From assembly GCA_963751975.1 (NCBI GenBank), contig CAVVWK010000001.1, forward strand, positions 241,152 to 305,151: DNA of 64,000 nucleotides. Direction: 5' to 3'. This DNA comes from an uncultured Actinomycetota bacterium (GTDB lineage: Bacteria > Actinomycetota > Actinomycetes > Propionibacteriales > Nocardioidaceae). Shown here piece after piece: positions 10,082 to 20,119 of the stretch. A program made the translations under genes and the position numbers. The notes beneath the pieces were generated by a model, which was not told where the DNA came from, made no database searches, and worked only from the letters and a program-made list of their open reading frames with translations. Each line of letters opens with the position of its first letter. Positions within the stretch are counted from its first letter, which is position 1.

Positions 10082-11160
10082 GCACCACCGAGCTGCCCTT
10101 CCCCGGGCTCCCCAGCGGCCTGCAGGGGGTTCCGACCGCCGACTCGCCGCAGAACCGCAAGGAGTTCACCTCCGACCAGGAGGTGCGCTGGTGCCCCGGC
10201 TGCGGCGACTACGCCGTACTCGCGGCCGTCCAAGGCTTCCTCCCCGACCTCGGGCTCAAGCGCGAGAACATCGTGTTCGTCTCCGGCATCGGCTGCTCGT
10301 CGCGGTTCCCCTACTACCTCGACACCTACGGCATGCACTCGATCCACGGGCGCGCTCCGGCGATCGCGACCGGCCTCGCCACCTCGCGCGAGGACCTCTC
10401 GGTGTGGGTGGTGACCGGTGACGGCGACGCACTGTCGATCGGCGGCAACCACCTGATCCACGCGCTGCGCCGCAACGTGAACCTGAAGATCCTGCTGTTC
10501 AACAACCGGATCTACGGGCTCACCAAGGGCCAGTACTCCCCCACCAGCGAGCTCGGCAAGGTCACCAAGTCGACCCCGATGGGCTCGCTGGACAACCCGT
10601 TCAACCCGGTGTCGCTCGCGCTCGGGGCGGAGGCGACGTTCGTGGCGCGCACCATCGACTCCGACCGCAAGCACCTCACCTCCGTGCTGTCGGCGGCGGC
10701 CCGGCACCGCGGCACCGCGCTCGTGGAGATCTACCAGAACTGCCCGATCTTCAACGACGGTGCGTTCGACTCGATCAAGGACAACCAGACCAAGTCCGAC
10801 GCGCTGATCCCCCTGGTGCACGGCGAGCAGATCCGGTTCGGCACCGAGGGCCAGTACGGCGTCGTGCGTGACCCGGAGACCGGCCAGGTCTTCGCCGTCG
10901 AGGTCGCCGACGTGGACGAGGCCGACCTGCTCGTGCACGACGCGCACGCCCAGGACCCGACGACCGCGTTCGCGCTCTCGCGGCTCACCGACGCGGGCGT
11001 CCTGACCCGGGCGCCGATCGGCATCTTCCGCCAGGTGCAGCACCCGACGTACGACGACCTCGCCCGCGAGCAGGTCGCGACCGCCCGTGCCGGCACCACG
11101 AGCAACCAGGAGGCACTCGCCGGGCTGCTGAGCGGCGGCGACACCTGGACGGTCGCCTGA
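10078..11160 (+). CDS. korB: 2-oxoacid:ferredoxin oxidoreductase beta subunit
   Basis: WCPGCGD, SGIGCSSR, TPP motif GDGD...NN, YGLTKGQYSPTS. Confidence 0.95.
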   Translation: MSTTELPFPGLPSGLQGVPTADSPQNRKEFTSDQEVRWCPGCGDYAVLAAVQGFLPDLGLKRENIVFVSGIGCSSRFPYYLDTYGMHSIHGRAPAIATGLATSREDLSVWVVTGDGDALSIGGNHLIHALRRNVNLKILLFNNRIYGLTKGQYSPTSELGKVTKSTPMGSLDNPFNPVSLALGAEATFVARTIDSDRKHLTSVLSAAARHRGTALVEIYQNCPIFNDGAFDSIKDNQTKSDALIPLVHGEQIRFGTEGQYGVVRDPETGQVFAVEVADVDEADLLVHDAHAQDPTTAFALSRLTDAGVLTRAPIGIFRQVQHPTYDDLAREQVATARAGTTSNQEALAGLLSGGDTWTVA

Positions 11161-11233
11161 ACCCCGTGTTCGCTCCGTCTCAGTCAGAGGCAAACCGGTT
11201 GGTTGCCCCTGACACGTCACGTAGCCTGCGGGG

Positions 11234-12142
11234 GTGGCCGACTCGCGACGCGGATACCTGCTCGGCTTCTCCGCGTGGGCGATGTGGGGCTTCTTCCCGC
11301 TCTACTGGCCGCTGCTGGAGCCCTCCGGTGCGGTCGAGATCCTGGCGCACCGGATCGTCTGGTCGCTGGTGGCGATGGTCGTCGCGGCCGTCGCCGTACG
11401 CCGCCGGGCGGCCCTGCGCGCGACGTTCGCCGACCGCCGTACCCGACTGCTGCTCACCGCCGCCGCCGTACTGATCACGGTCAACTGGGGCACCTACATC
11501 TGGGGCGTCAACAACGGTCACGTCGTCGAGACCTCACTCGGCTACTTCATCAACCCGCTCGTGAGCGTGATGCTCGGCGTGCTCATCCTCGGTGAGCGGA
11601 TGCGCCGGCTCCAGTGGGTGGCGATCGGCATCGCCGGTCTCGCCGTGGTCGGGCTGGCCGTCGACTACGGACGGCCGCCGTGGGTGGCGCTGGTGCTCGC
11701 GTTCTCGTTCGGCACCTATGGGCTCGTGAAGAAGAAGGCCAACGCCGGCGCAGTCGAGAGTCTGGTCGTGGAGACCACCCTGATCGCGCCGGTCGCCCTC
11801 GCCTACATCGCCTTCCTGACCGTCACCGGGGCGTCCACCTTCGGTGGCAGCGGCACCGGCCACGTCCTGCTGCTCATGGGCACCGGGGCGATCACCGTGC
11901 TGCCGCTGCTGTGCTTCGGGGCCGCGGCGACCCGGATCCCGCTGAGCACGCTCGGGCTGATGCAGTACGTCACGCCGACGGTGCAGTTCATCCTCGGGCT
12001 GGTGGTCTTCCACGAGCCGATGCCGCTGACGCGGTGGATCGGCTTCGCGTTCATCTGGCTCGCCCTGGTCATGTTCACCGTGGAGGCGCTGGTGCACCGC
12101 CGTCGGCACCTGCGGATGGTCGCGGAGGCCTCGGCGGTCTGA
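11234..12142 (+). CDS. rarD: EamA-family transporter RarD
   Basis: WGFFPLYW, EILAHRIVWS, NWGTYIWGVNNG, SLGYFINPL. Confidence 0.92.
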   Translation: MADSRRGYLLGFSAWAMWGFFPLYWPLLEPSGAVEILAHRIVWSLVAMVVAAVAVRRRAALRATFADRRTRLLLTAAAVLITVNWGTYIWGVNNGHVVETSLGYFINPLVSVMLGVLILGERMRRLQWVAIGIAGLAVVGLAVDYGRPPWVALVLAFSFGTYGLVKKKANAGAVESLVVETTLIAPVALAYIAFLTVTGASTFGGSGTGHVLLLMGTGAITVLPLLCFGAAATRIPLSTLGLMQYVTPTVQFILGLVVFHEPMPLTRWIGFAFIWLALVMFTVEALVHRRRHLRMVAEASAV

Positions 12143-12193
12143 GCTCACATCGCGCACGTGTTTTGCGCGCTGGCGAGTTGGGCACGTCAGGGC

Positions 12194-12664
12194 ATGCCTT
12201 GGTTCAGTGCCTCCACCCAGTCCACCGCGGTCGTGTCCGCGCCGCGCGACGCCGTCTGGAAGGCGCTGACCGACCCCGGAGTCGTCGCGTCCCTCACGCC
12301 GCTGGTCCACCACATCACCGCCTCCGGTGACAGCTGGCGCTGGCAGATGGCGCGGGTCCCCGTCCTCGGCACCTCTGTCACGCCGGCGTTCACCGAGCAG
12401 ATGACCTTCACCGACGGGTACCGGATCGAGTACGCCCACGCGCCGCCCGCCGGCGCTCACGAACGCACGGGCGCCGACGGGTGGTACGAGCTCGGCGACG
12501 CCGAGGACGGAGGCACCCACCTGGCCATCTCGCTCACCGTCAAGGTGGAGCTGCCGGTGCCGCGCGCAGCCGGACCCGCAGTCCGCGCGGCGATGAGCGG
12601 CGTCATGGCGACGATGGGCGCCGGTTTCTCCCGAAACCTGCTGAAGCACCTCGACGCCACCTGA
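12194..12664 (+). CDS. SRPBCC/CoxG-like protein
   Basis: VSAPRDAVWKALTDP N-terminal pattern and C-terminal amphipathic helix. Confidence 0.7.
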   Translation: MPWFSASTQSTAVVSAPRDAVWKALTDPGVVASLTPLVHHITASGDSWRWQMARVPVLGTSVTPAFTEQMTFTDGYRIEYAHAPPAGAHERTGADGWYELGDAEDGGTHLAISLTVKVELPVPRAAGPAVRAAMSGVMATMGAGFSRNLLKHLDAT

Positions 12665-12689
12665 GCCGCGCCGCCGGTCGGCCAGCCCG

Positions 12690-13175
12690 GGTGGTCGAGC
12701 CCGTCGAGACCAGGGTGGTCGAGCCCGTCGAGACCAGGCCACCCCCGCCGAACCGCACTCCCGGTGGTCGAGCTCACTACCGGCGGTCGAGCCCGTCGAG
12801 ACCCGGCCAACCACCAGCCGAACAGCACACCCGGTGATCGAGCTCACTCCCGGTGGGTCGAGCCCGTCGAGACCAGGCCACCACTAGCCGAACCGCACTC
12901 CCGGTGGTCGAGCCCACCCGGGTGGGTCGAGCCCGTCGAGACCAAGCAACCACCCGTCGAACCGCACCACCGGTGTTCGAGCCCTTCGAGACGCCCAATC
13001 CGTTCGCTCCTCAGGGACCACGCGTCGAGACCAGGCCACCGCTAGCCGAACCGCACTCCCGGTGCTCGAGCTCACTCCCGGTGGTCGAGCCCGTCGAGAC
13101 CAGGCCACCACCAACCGAGCCGACTACCGGTGGTCGCTTGTCCTGAGGAGCCGTGCGACGAGACGTCTCGAAGGG
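12690..13175. repeat. Degenerate tandem array of REP-like palindromic repeats (~68-70 bp period)
   Basis: GGTGGTCGAGCCCGTCGAGACC-type units at 12690, 12714, 12782, 12852, 12921, 13080 (variant at 12972), alternating with related linkers and half-repeats GGTGGTCGAGCTCACTCCC. Confidence 0.92.
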
Positions 13176-13264
13176 AGCCCGTTGAGCGTTCACGCCTCCG
13201 CTTCTGCGGGACCACGTGTCGAGAACAATCCCGTTGTGCACAAGGGATCCCGGCCTACGGAAAC

Positions 13265-13286
13265 TGTCGGTGGTCGCCTCTAGATT
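13265..13286 (+). promoter_or_regulatory. RecA-NDp (PafBC-type) DNA-damage promoter, probably leaderless
   Basis: TGTCGG-N10-TAGATT matches TGTCGG-N10-TA-N3-T exactly; ATG follows 7 nt after the -10. Confidence 0.75.
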
Positions 13287-13293
13287 GAGGGGT

Positions 13294-14753
13294 ATGGAAC
13301 CGGTGGTGGACGACCTCGAGCGGCAGGCAGTCGCCGACGCACTGGTGTCCAACCACTCCACCTTGGTCGAGTCCGAGTGCCGTGAGCTTGTGCTGGCCGC
13401 GCAGTGGGCCGACCTGCACCCGACGTCATCCGGAACGGCGCTGCCCGGCACCGAACGATCCAAGCGGTACGGCGGCGAGGGCACCCCGTTCGCGGGTGAG
13501 TTCGCGGCCGCCGAGCTCGGCGTGCTGCTCGGCCGCTCACACGTCGCCGCGGCCACTCTGATGGCCGACGCACTCGACGTGCGACACCGGCTGCCCAGGC
13601 TGTGGGCCGAGCTCACGGCCGGCCACGTCCGGGTGTGGCAGGCGCGGCACGTCGCCTCCCGGACCCGCGCCACCGGACTCACCCTTGCCCAGGCCCGGCA
13701 GGTCGACGACACGACGACGCCGTACCTGGCGTCGCTGCCCTGGGGACGCTTCCTGGAGCTGCTCGAAGCGCGGATCATCGCCGCCGACCCCGAGGCCGCC
13801 GAGGCGCGCCGTATCGCGGCGGAGCTGGAGCGATTCGTAATCACCGGGCAGTCCAACGAGCACGGCCTGAAGAGCCTGGTCGCGAAGGCCACCGCCGGCG
13901 AGGTCATCTACCTGGTCGCGATGGTGGACCGGATCGCCGAAATCCTGCTCCAGCAGGGCGACACCGACCCTGTCGGTGTCCGGCGGTCCAAGGCACTCGG
14001 GATCCTGGCACACCCGGCGCGGGCGCTGGCCATGCTGCAGTCCGCCGGCTCGGTGGATGGGGACCTGGTCTCGACGGGCTCGACCACCGAGATGTGGAGC
14101 GATCACCATGATCGAGGCCGCCTCTGTGGGCCTCGGCTGACCTGGTCTCGACGGGCTCGACCACCGGTGGTGAGCTGCCGGCGGCGACGCTGTACGTGCA
14201 CGTGTCTCGGGAGTCGATGCAGAGCGGTGAGGGTGTGGCGCGGATGGAGGGCGTCGGGCCGATCACAATCGGACAGGCCAGCGAGTTCCTGCGCCACTCC
14301 CACGTGACCGTCAGGCCGGTGATCGACCTCGATGAGGACCGGCCGGTGGACTGCTACGAGGTCCCGGACCGGCTCCGCGAGCAGATGCACCTCCGCTCCC
14401 CAGCGTCCGCGTTCCCGTATTCATCTGCCACCGGACGACGGATGGACCTCGACCACACCATCCCATTCCGAGTCTCGACCGACTCAGCCGACGCCACCGC
14501 CCCGCCAAGTCAGACCCGCATCGGGAACCTCGGCAAGCTCAGCCGGTTCGAGCACCGAGTCAAGACCCACGGCAACGGCTGGCGACACCGACAACCCGAG
14601 CCCGGCGTCCATGTTTGGCGGACACCCACGGGCTACCAATTCACCGTCGACCATGCAGGCACGCACCCGGTCTCGACGGGCTCGACCACCGGAGAGGCCT
14701 CGACCAGCGAGTCGGCGTACGAGCGCGCCTTCGCGAGCCTGGTCGCACGCTGA
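13294..14753 (+). CDS. DUF222/13E12-like HNH endonuclease (frameshift between 14089 and 14140)
   Basis: AAQWADLH...GGEGTP..GEFAAAELG...ADALDVRHRLPRLW; C-terminal ATLYVH, VTVRPVIDL, YEVPDRLRE, DLDHTIP...TRIGNLGKLSRFEHRVKTHG.W...Q.EPG...WRTPTG. Confidence 0.85.
14067..14690 (-). repeat. Three intragenic copies of the 22-bp repeat in the HNH gene
   Basis: GGTCTCGACGGGCTCGACCACC at 14067-14088, 14144-14165 and 14669-14690, each reading VSTGSTT in the coding frame. Confidence 0.9.
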
Positions 14754-14775
14754 CTGACGCCGCCCGTCAGCGAGC

Positions 14776-15788
14776 TCAGCGACCGGCGCGCTGACCCAAC
14801 CAGGTCGAGACCTGCCGCCGGTTCTGGCCGTCCGTGAACCGGTCGAGGCAGAAGTCGTCGCCGTAGCTCATGAAGTTGTGCACCGGGTCCAGGCCCTTCT
14901 TCGGGCAGGTGTCGTCGGACTCGATGCAAAGAAGATGTTGTCGCCGTCGAGCTGCGCGGGCGTGTCGGACACGTGGTCCCCGGGCTCGGAGCAGCCGCCC
15001 TCGAAGGTGTGGAACAGCCCGAGCCAGTGACCGATCTCGTGGGTGGCGGTGTCGCCCCCGTTGTAGGGGAACGCGTTGCCGCCGGGCATGCTCTCGTTGA
15101 GGATCACCAGACCGTCCAGGGCGAGCTCGCCGCCGGGGAAGGTCGCGTAGCCGAGCAGGCCGCTGCCGAGCCCGGCGATGTAGACGTTCAGGTCCGAGTA
15201 GCCGCCCTGGTGAAGCGCGCGCTTGGCCGCCTTGGCCTCGGCGTCCTCGTCGCTGAAGTCCTCGGTGAGGTTCCAGTCGTACCAGGCGTCGTTGGCCGTC
15301 CGGTCGATGCTCGCGACCTCGAAGCGGAAGGGCGACGGCGCCGCCTCATCGGCGGTGTCGCCGGCGTAGCCGGCGTTGATGACGTCCATCTGCTCGGCGA
15401 CCTCCTCATCGGTCACCGCACCGGTCACCTGGTCGGACCCCGTGATGATGTGCACGTAGGTGTCGATCGTGATCGTCTTCTTGCGCTTCAGGTCACCTTG
15501 CTTGGTGAGCTTGCCGGACTTGATGAGCCGATCGATCTGACGCTGGAGGTCCGCGTCCATCGACCGGGCCTCCGACGCCGTGACGGAGTTGTAGTCCTCA
15601 CCGCCGGGCGTGCTGCGCATGGCCCGCGCGGACGAGACCATGGAGTCGTCGCACTCAGTCGTGCCGGCCGGTGCCGACGACGCGGTGGCGGAGGCGCCCG
15701 CAGAGGACAGACCGAGGGTGGCGAGGAGGGTGAGGCCGAGAAGGCCGTGGGTGAGGGGACGACGTACTGCCGAGACGAGATGGCGCAT
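14776..15788 (-). CDS. Secreted zinc metalloprotease, M43/pappalysin-like (frameshift near 14930)
   Basis: Signal peptide; LLGYATFP, DG..IL, GDTATHEIGHWLGLFHTFEGGC; shifted frame continues DTCP...DPVHNFMSYGDDFCLDRFT.GQ. Confidence 0.85.
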
Positions 15789-15869
15789 GTGAGGGTCTCT
15801 CCAGAGCGCTGGATGGGTCGGATGGCACCAACCTCTACCACCACGACCGCCCCGTCAATACCTCGCGAA

Positions 15870-16884
15870 TCAGGCAGTTCGGGTGGCGACGATCTCCGCG
15901 AAGGTGTCCAGCGCGTCCCGCACCGGCGACCCCTCGGGGAGCACCGTGAGGCGCTGCCGCGCCTCGGCGGCACGCTCGAGCACGTAGGCGCGGGCCTCGT
16001 CCATCGCCGGGTGCTTGCGGAGCAGGCCGAGGGCCTCGGCGTGCAGCGCGTCGTCGGTGAGGTCGGCGCCAAGCAGCTCCAGCAGCCGCGCGTCGCCGGG
16101 GTCCGTCGACCGCCTGGCGAGCAGCGTCGGCAGCGTGTCGGACGCCTTCGCGCAGGTCGGTGCCGGGCGTCTTGCCGGACTCCTCGGAGTCGCTGGCGAC
16201 GTCGAGGATGTCGTCGGAGAGCTGGAACGCCGAGCCGATCTTCTCGCCGTACGCCGTCAGCGCCTCCTCCACCTCGGAGCGGCGCCCCGGCGAACCGGGC
16301 GCCGTAGCGCGCGGAGGTGGCGATCAGCGATCCGGTCTTGCCGGCCACCACGCGCAGGTAGTGCGTCGAGCGGGTCCTGCGCCGTCCTGGGGCCCGAGGG
16401 TCTCGAGGATCTGGCCCTCGACCAGCCGGGTGAACGTCTCGGCCTGGATCCGCACCGCGTCGGCGCCGAGCCGGGCGGTGAGCTCGGAGGACTTCGAGAA
16501 CAGGAAGTCGCCGGTGAGGATCGCCACCAGGTTGTCCCAGCGCGCGTTGGCCGAGTCGGCCCCGCGGCGCAGGGCGGCCTCGTCCATGACGTCGTCGTGG
16601 TAGAGCGACGCCAGGTGGGTCAGCTCCACGACGCAGGCGGCGGTGACGACCCCGTCGGCCTCGGGGTCGCCGGTCTCGGCGGCCAGCAGCACCAGCAGCG
16701 GCCGGAACCGCTTGCCGCCGGCGTGCATCAGGTGGCGGGCCGCCTCGGTGACGAACCGGCGCCTCGCTCTGGATCGTCGCGCTCGAGCTCGGCCTCCACC
16801 TCGACCAGCCGCTGCCGCAGCCGCGCCTCGAGCTCGGCGTCGAGGACCGGCAGCGCCAGCGAGGCCGATGCGTTGGCTGGTCAT
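15870..16884 (-). CDS. Polyprenyl diphosphate synthase (several frameshifts)
   Basis: [47 protein letters not shown] in successive frames. Confidence 0.9.
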
Positions 16885-16914
16885 CGGGCGTGCTCCTTGG
16901 TGCAGCAGGTACGG

Positions 16915-18566
16915 TCAGCGGACGAACTGACCGGCGGTGGCCGCGAGGTCGAGGACCGGCCCGGGCACGACGCCCAGGGCGGCCGGTGGCCGCGAAGCCG
17001 ACCGCGATCACGACAGTGGTCAGGACGCTCGGCATCACCACGGTGGGGCCCTCCCCGACCGGGTCGGAGAAGTACATCAGCACGATCACCCGGAGGTAGA
17101 AGAACGCCGCCACCACGCTGAGCAGCACCGCGATCACCACCAGCGGCCAGGCGCCGCCCTGGCCAGGCGGAGGTGAAGACCGCCCACTTGCCGGTGAAGC
17201 CGCTGGTCAGCGGGATGCCGGCCATGCCGAGCAGGAAGAACGCGAACACGCCGGCGACGAACGGCGACTCCTTGCCGAGCCCGGCCCACCGGGACAGGTG
17301 GGTGGCCTCGCCGCCGGCGTCGCGGACGACGCGTCACGACGGCGAACGCGCCGATGGTCATGAAGCCGTAGGTCACCAGGTAGAACAGCACCGCCTGCAG
17401 CGAGGAGAGCTCGACGCTGTCGGGCGCGGTGACCTGGTGCAGCCCGACGAAGCCGACGAGCAGGAAGCCGGCGTGCGCGATCGAGGAGTAGGCGAGCATC
17501 CGCTTGATGTCGGACTGGGTCAGCGCCAGCACGCAGCCGACCGCCATGGTGAGGATCGCGACGATCCAGATCATCGGCGTCCAGTCCCACCGGGCGCCGC
17601 CGAAGGCGACGTAGAACAGCCGCAGCAGGGCGCCGAACGCGGCGATCTTGGTGCAGGCCGCCATGAACGCGGTGACCGCGGTCGGGGCGCCCTGGTAGAC
17701 GTCGGGCGTCCAGGCGTGGAACGGCGCGGCGCCGACCTTGAACAGCATGCCGACGGCCATCAGGCCGATGCCGCCGAGCAGCAGCGCGCTCGGCGCCGAT
17801 GCGTGCCGGAGACCGCCTCGGCGATCTCGCCGAGCTGCATCGAGCCGGCGTACCCGTAGACCAGCGCGATGCCGTAGAGGAAGAAGCCGGAGCGAGAACG
17901 CGCCGAGCAGGAAGTACTTCAGCGCGGCCTCCTGGCTGAGCAGCCGCCGACGGCGGGCGAGCCCGCACAGCAGGTACAGCGGCAGCGAGAGGACCTCGAG
18001 CGCCACGAACATCGTGAGCAGGTCGTTGGACGCCGGGAACAGCATCATGCCGCCGACCGCGAACATCATCAGCGGGAAGACCTCGGTGTGCTCGAGGCCC
18101 CGCGTCGACGCCTCGCGCTCGGCCTCGGTGCCCGGCAGCGCGGCCGCCTGGCCGGCGAACGCGGTGACGCCGCCCTCGAGGTGGCGCTCGGCGAAGAGCA
18201 GCACGCTGATGAGCGACGAGCACGAGCAGGGTGCCCCAGATGAACATCGTCGGCCCGTCGACGGCGATGGCGCCCTCGGCGGCGATCTGGCCGAAGCCTG
18301 CGCTGTCGCCACGCGGCTCGAGGTCCATGGCCACGAGCACGGTCGCGACGATCGCGGCGATCACGCCGACCATCGCCAGCAGCGTCTGGACGAGGTAGCG
18401 CCGCTCGCGGGGCAGCGAACGCCTCGACGAGCACGCCGACGATGGCGACGCCGAAGACGATCAGCATCGGCGAGAGCAGGCCGTACTCGATGCTCGGCTT
18501 GGAGAACTCCACGGTGTTCCCGGGCACCTCGACTCCGAGCCGGGGCACCGCGGCGAGGATCGACAT
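16915..18566 (-). CDS. nuoN: NADH-quinone oxidoreductase subunit N (frameshifted)
   Basis: SQEAALKYFLLGAFS, FKVGAAPFHAWTPDVYQGAP, KRMLAYSSIAHAG, AGIPLTSGFTGK. Confidence 0.93.
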
Positions 18567-20119
18567 CACTGGTTTGACTCCTCTTCAGCAGCCGCCGGAA
18601 CGGCCGGCTCGGGGTCGGTCACGCCGACCTGCTCGAGCGTGTGCCCGACGGCCGGGTTGATGATCGTCGGTCAGCGGCTTCGGGAAGAAGCCGAGCACGA
18701 CGATCAGCAGCAGCAGCGGCGCCAGCGCGCCGATCTCGCGGAGGTTCAGGTCCTTCATGCCGACGACGGCGGGCCGGGTCGGGCCGGTCATGGTGCGTTG
18801 GTACATCAGCAGGATGTAGAGCGCGGCCAGCACGATGCCGAGGACCGCGAACACGGCGTACCACCAGTTGTAGGCGAACGTGCCGACCAGGACCAGGAAC
18901 TCGGAGACGAACGGCGACAGGCCGGGCAGCGACAGCGACGACAGCCCGGCGACGAGGAAGATGCCGGCCAGCACCGGGGCGACCTTCTCGACGCCGCCGA
19001 AGTCGCCGATCAGCTGCGAGCCGCGCCTGCTGATCAGGAAGCCGGTCACCAGGAACAGCGCGGCGGTCGAGAGGCCGTGGTTGAACATGTAGAGCGTCGA
19101 GCCGGTCTGCCCGTAGCTGTTGAGCACGAAGATGCCCAGCACGATGAAGCCGAAGTGCGACACCGAGGTGTAGGCGATCAGCCGCGGGATGCTACGCTGG
19201 CCGATCGCGACGAGCCCGCCGTAGAGCACGCTGATGACGGCCAGCACCAGCACCACCGGCGTCGCCCACTCCGACGCCTCGGGGAACAGCCCGAGGCAGA
19301 ACCGGATCATCCCGAAGGTGCCGATCTTGTCGAGGATGCTGACCAGCAGCACCGAGGTGCCCGGGGTCGCCTCCTGCGGCGGCGGTCGGCAGCCACGTGT
19401 GCACCGGGAACATCGGCGCCTTGATCGCGAACGCGATGAAGAAGCCGAGGAACAGCCAGCGGCCCACGTCCGGTGTCGAGCTGCGCGGTGATCGGCGGCC
19501 GAGCTCGGTGAGCAGGTACGTCGGACCCGCGTCCGACGTCGGCCGACACGACGTACAGCCCGACGACCGAGGCCAGCATGACCAGCCCGCCGAGCAGCGA
19601 GAAGAGCAGGAACTTCACCGCGGCGTAGGCCCGGCGCGCGCCGCCGAAGCCGCCGATCAGGAAGTAGATCGGGATCAGCGTCGCCTCGAAGAGCACGTAG
19701 AAGAGGAAGACGTCGATCGCCGCGAAGACGCCGATGGCGAGCCCCTCGAGCGCGAGCATCCAGGCGAAGAACGAGTTCGCCGCCCCAGCGGCCGGCGTCG
19801 CCGTCGTTCCACGAGGCGAGGATGACGACCGGGGTGAGGATCGCCGTGAGCAGCACCAGCGTCAGGCCGATGCCGTCGACGCCCAGGGCGTAGTGGGCGC
19901 CGAACGCCTCGATCCAGGTGTGCTCCTCGACGAACTGGTAGCGCTCGCCGTCGACGTCGAAGCCGAAGCCGATGACGGCCGACGAGGACCAGGGTGAGCC
20001 AGCGAGAAGCCGAGCGCGACCTTCTGCGGGCAGGTCGCTGTCCGCGCGCTGGGCAGCAGGGCCACGACCACCGCGCCGACGATCGGCAGCAGCAGGGACG
20101 CGGTCAACCAGGGGAACAC
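18566..20119 (-). CDS. nuoM: NADH-quinone oxidoreductase subunit M (frameshifted)
   Basis: FLFYVLFEATLIP, IKAPMFPVHTWLP, LIAYTSVSHFG, NHGLST, LSLPGLSPFVSE. Confidence 0.93.

Noticed and set aside
12690-13136. CRISPR array
   Set aside because: The linkers are clearly homologous to each other rather than unique spacers, units contain half-repeats, and no cas genes are in the window.
12457-13283. Short ORFs across the repeat array ([13 protein letters not shown] peptides)
   Set aside because: They are by-products of stop-free GC-rich repeats, with no recognisable domain or convincing start signals.
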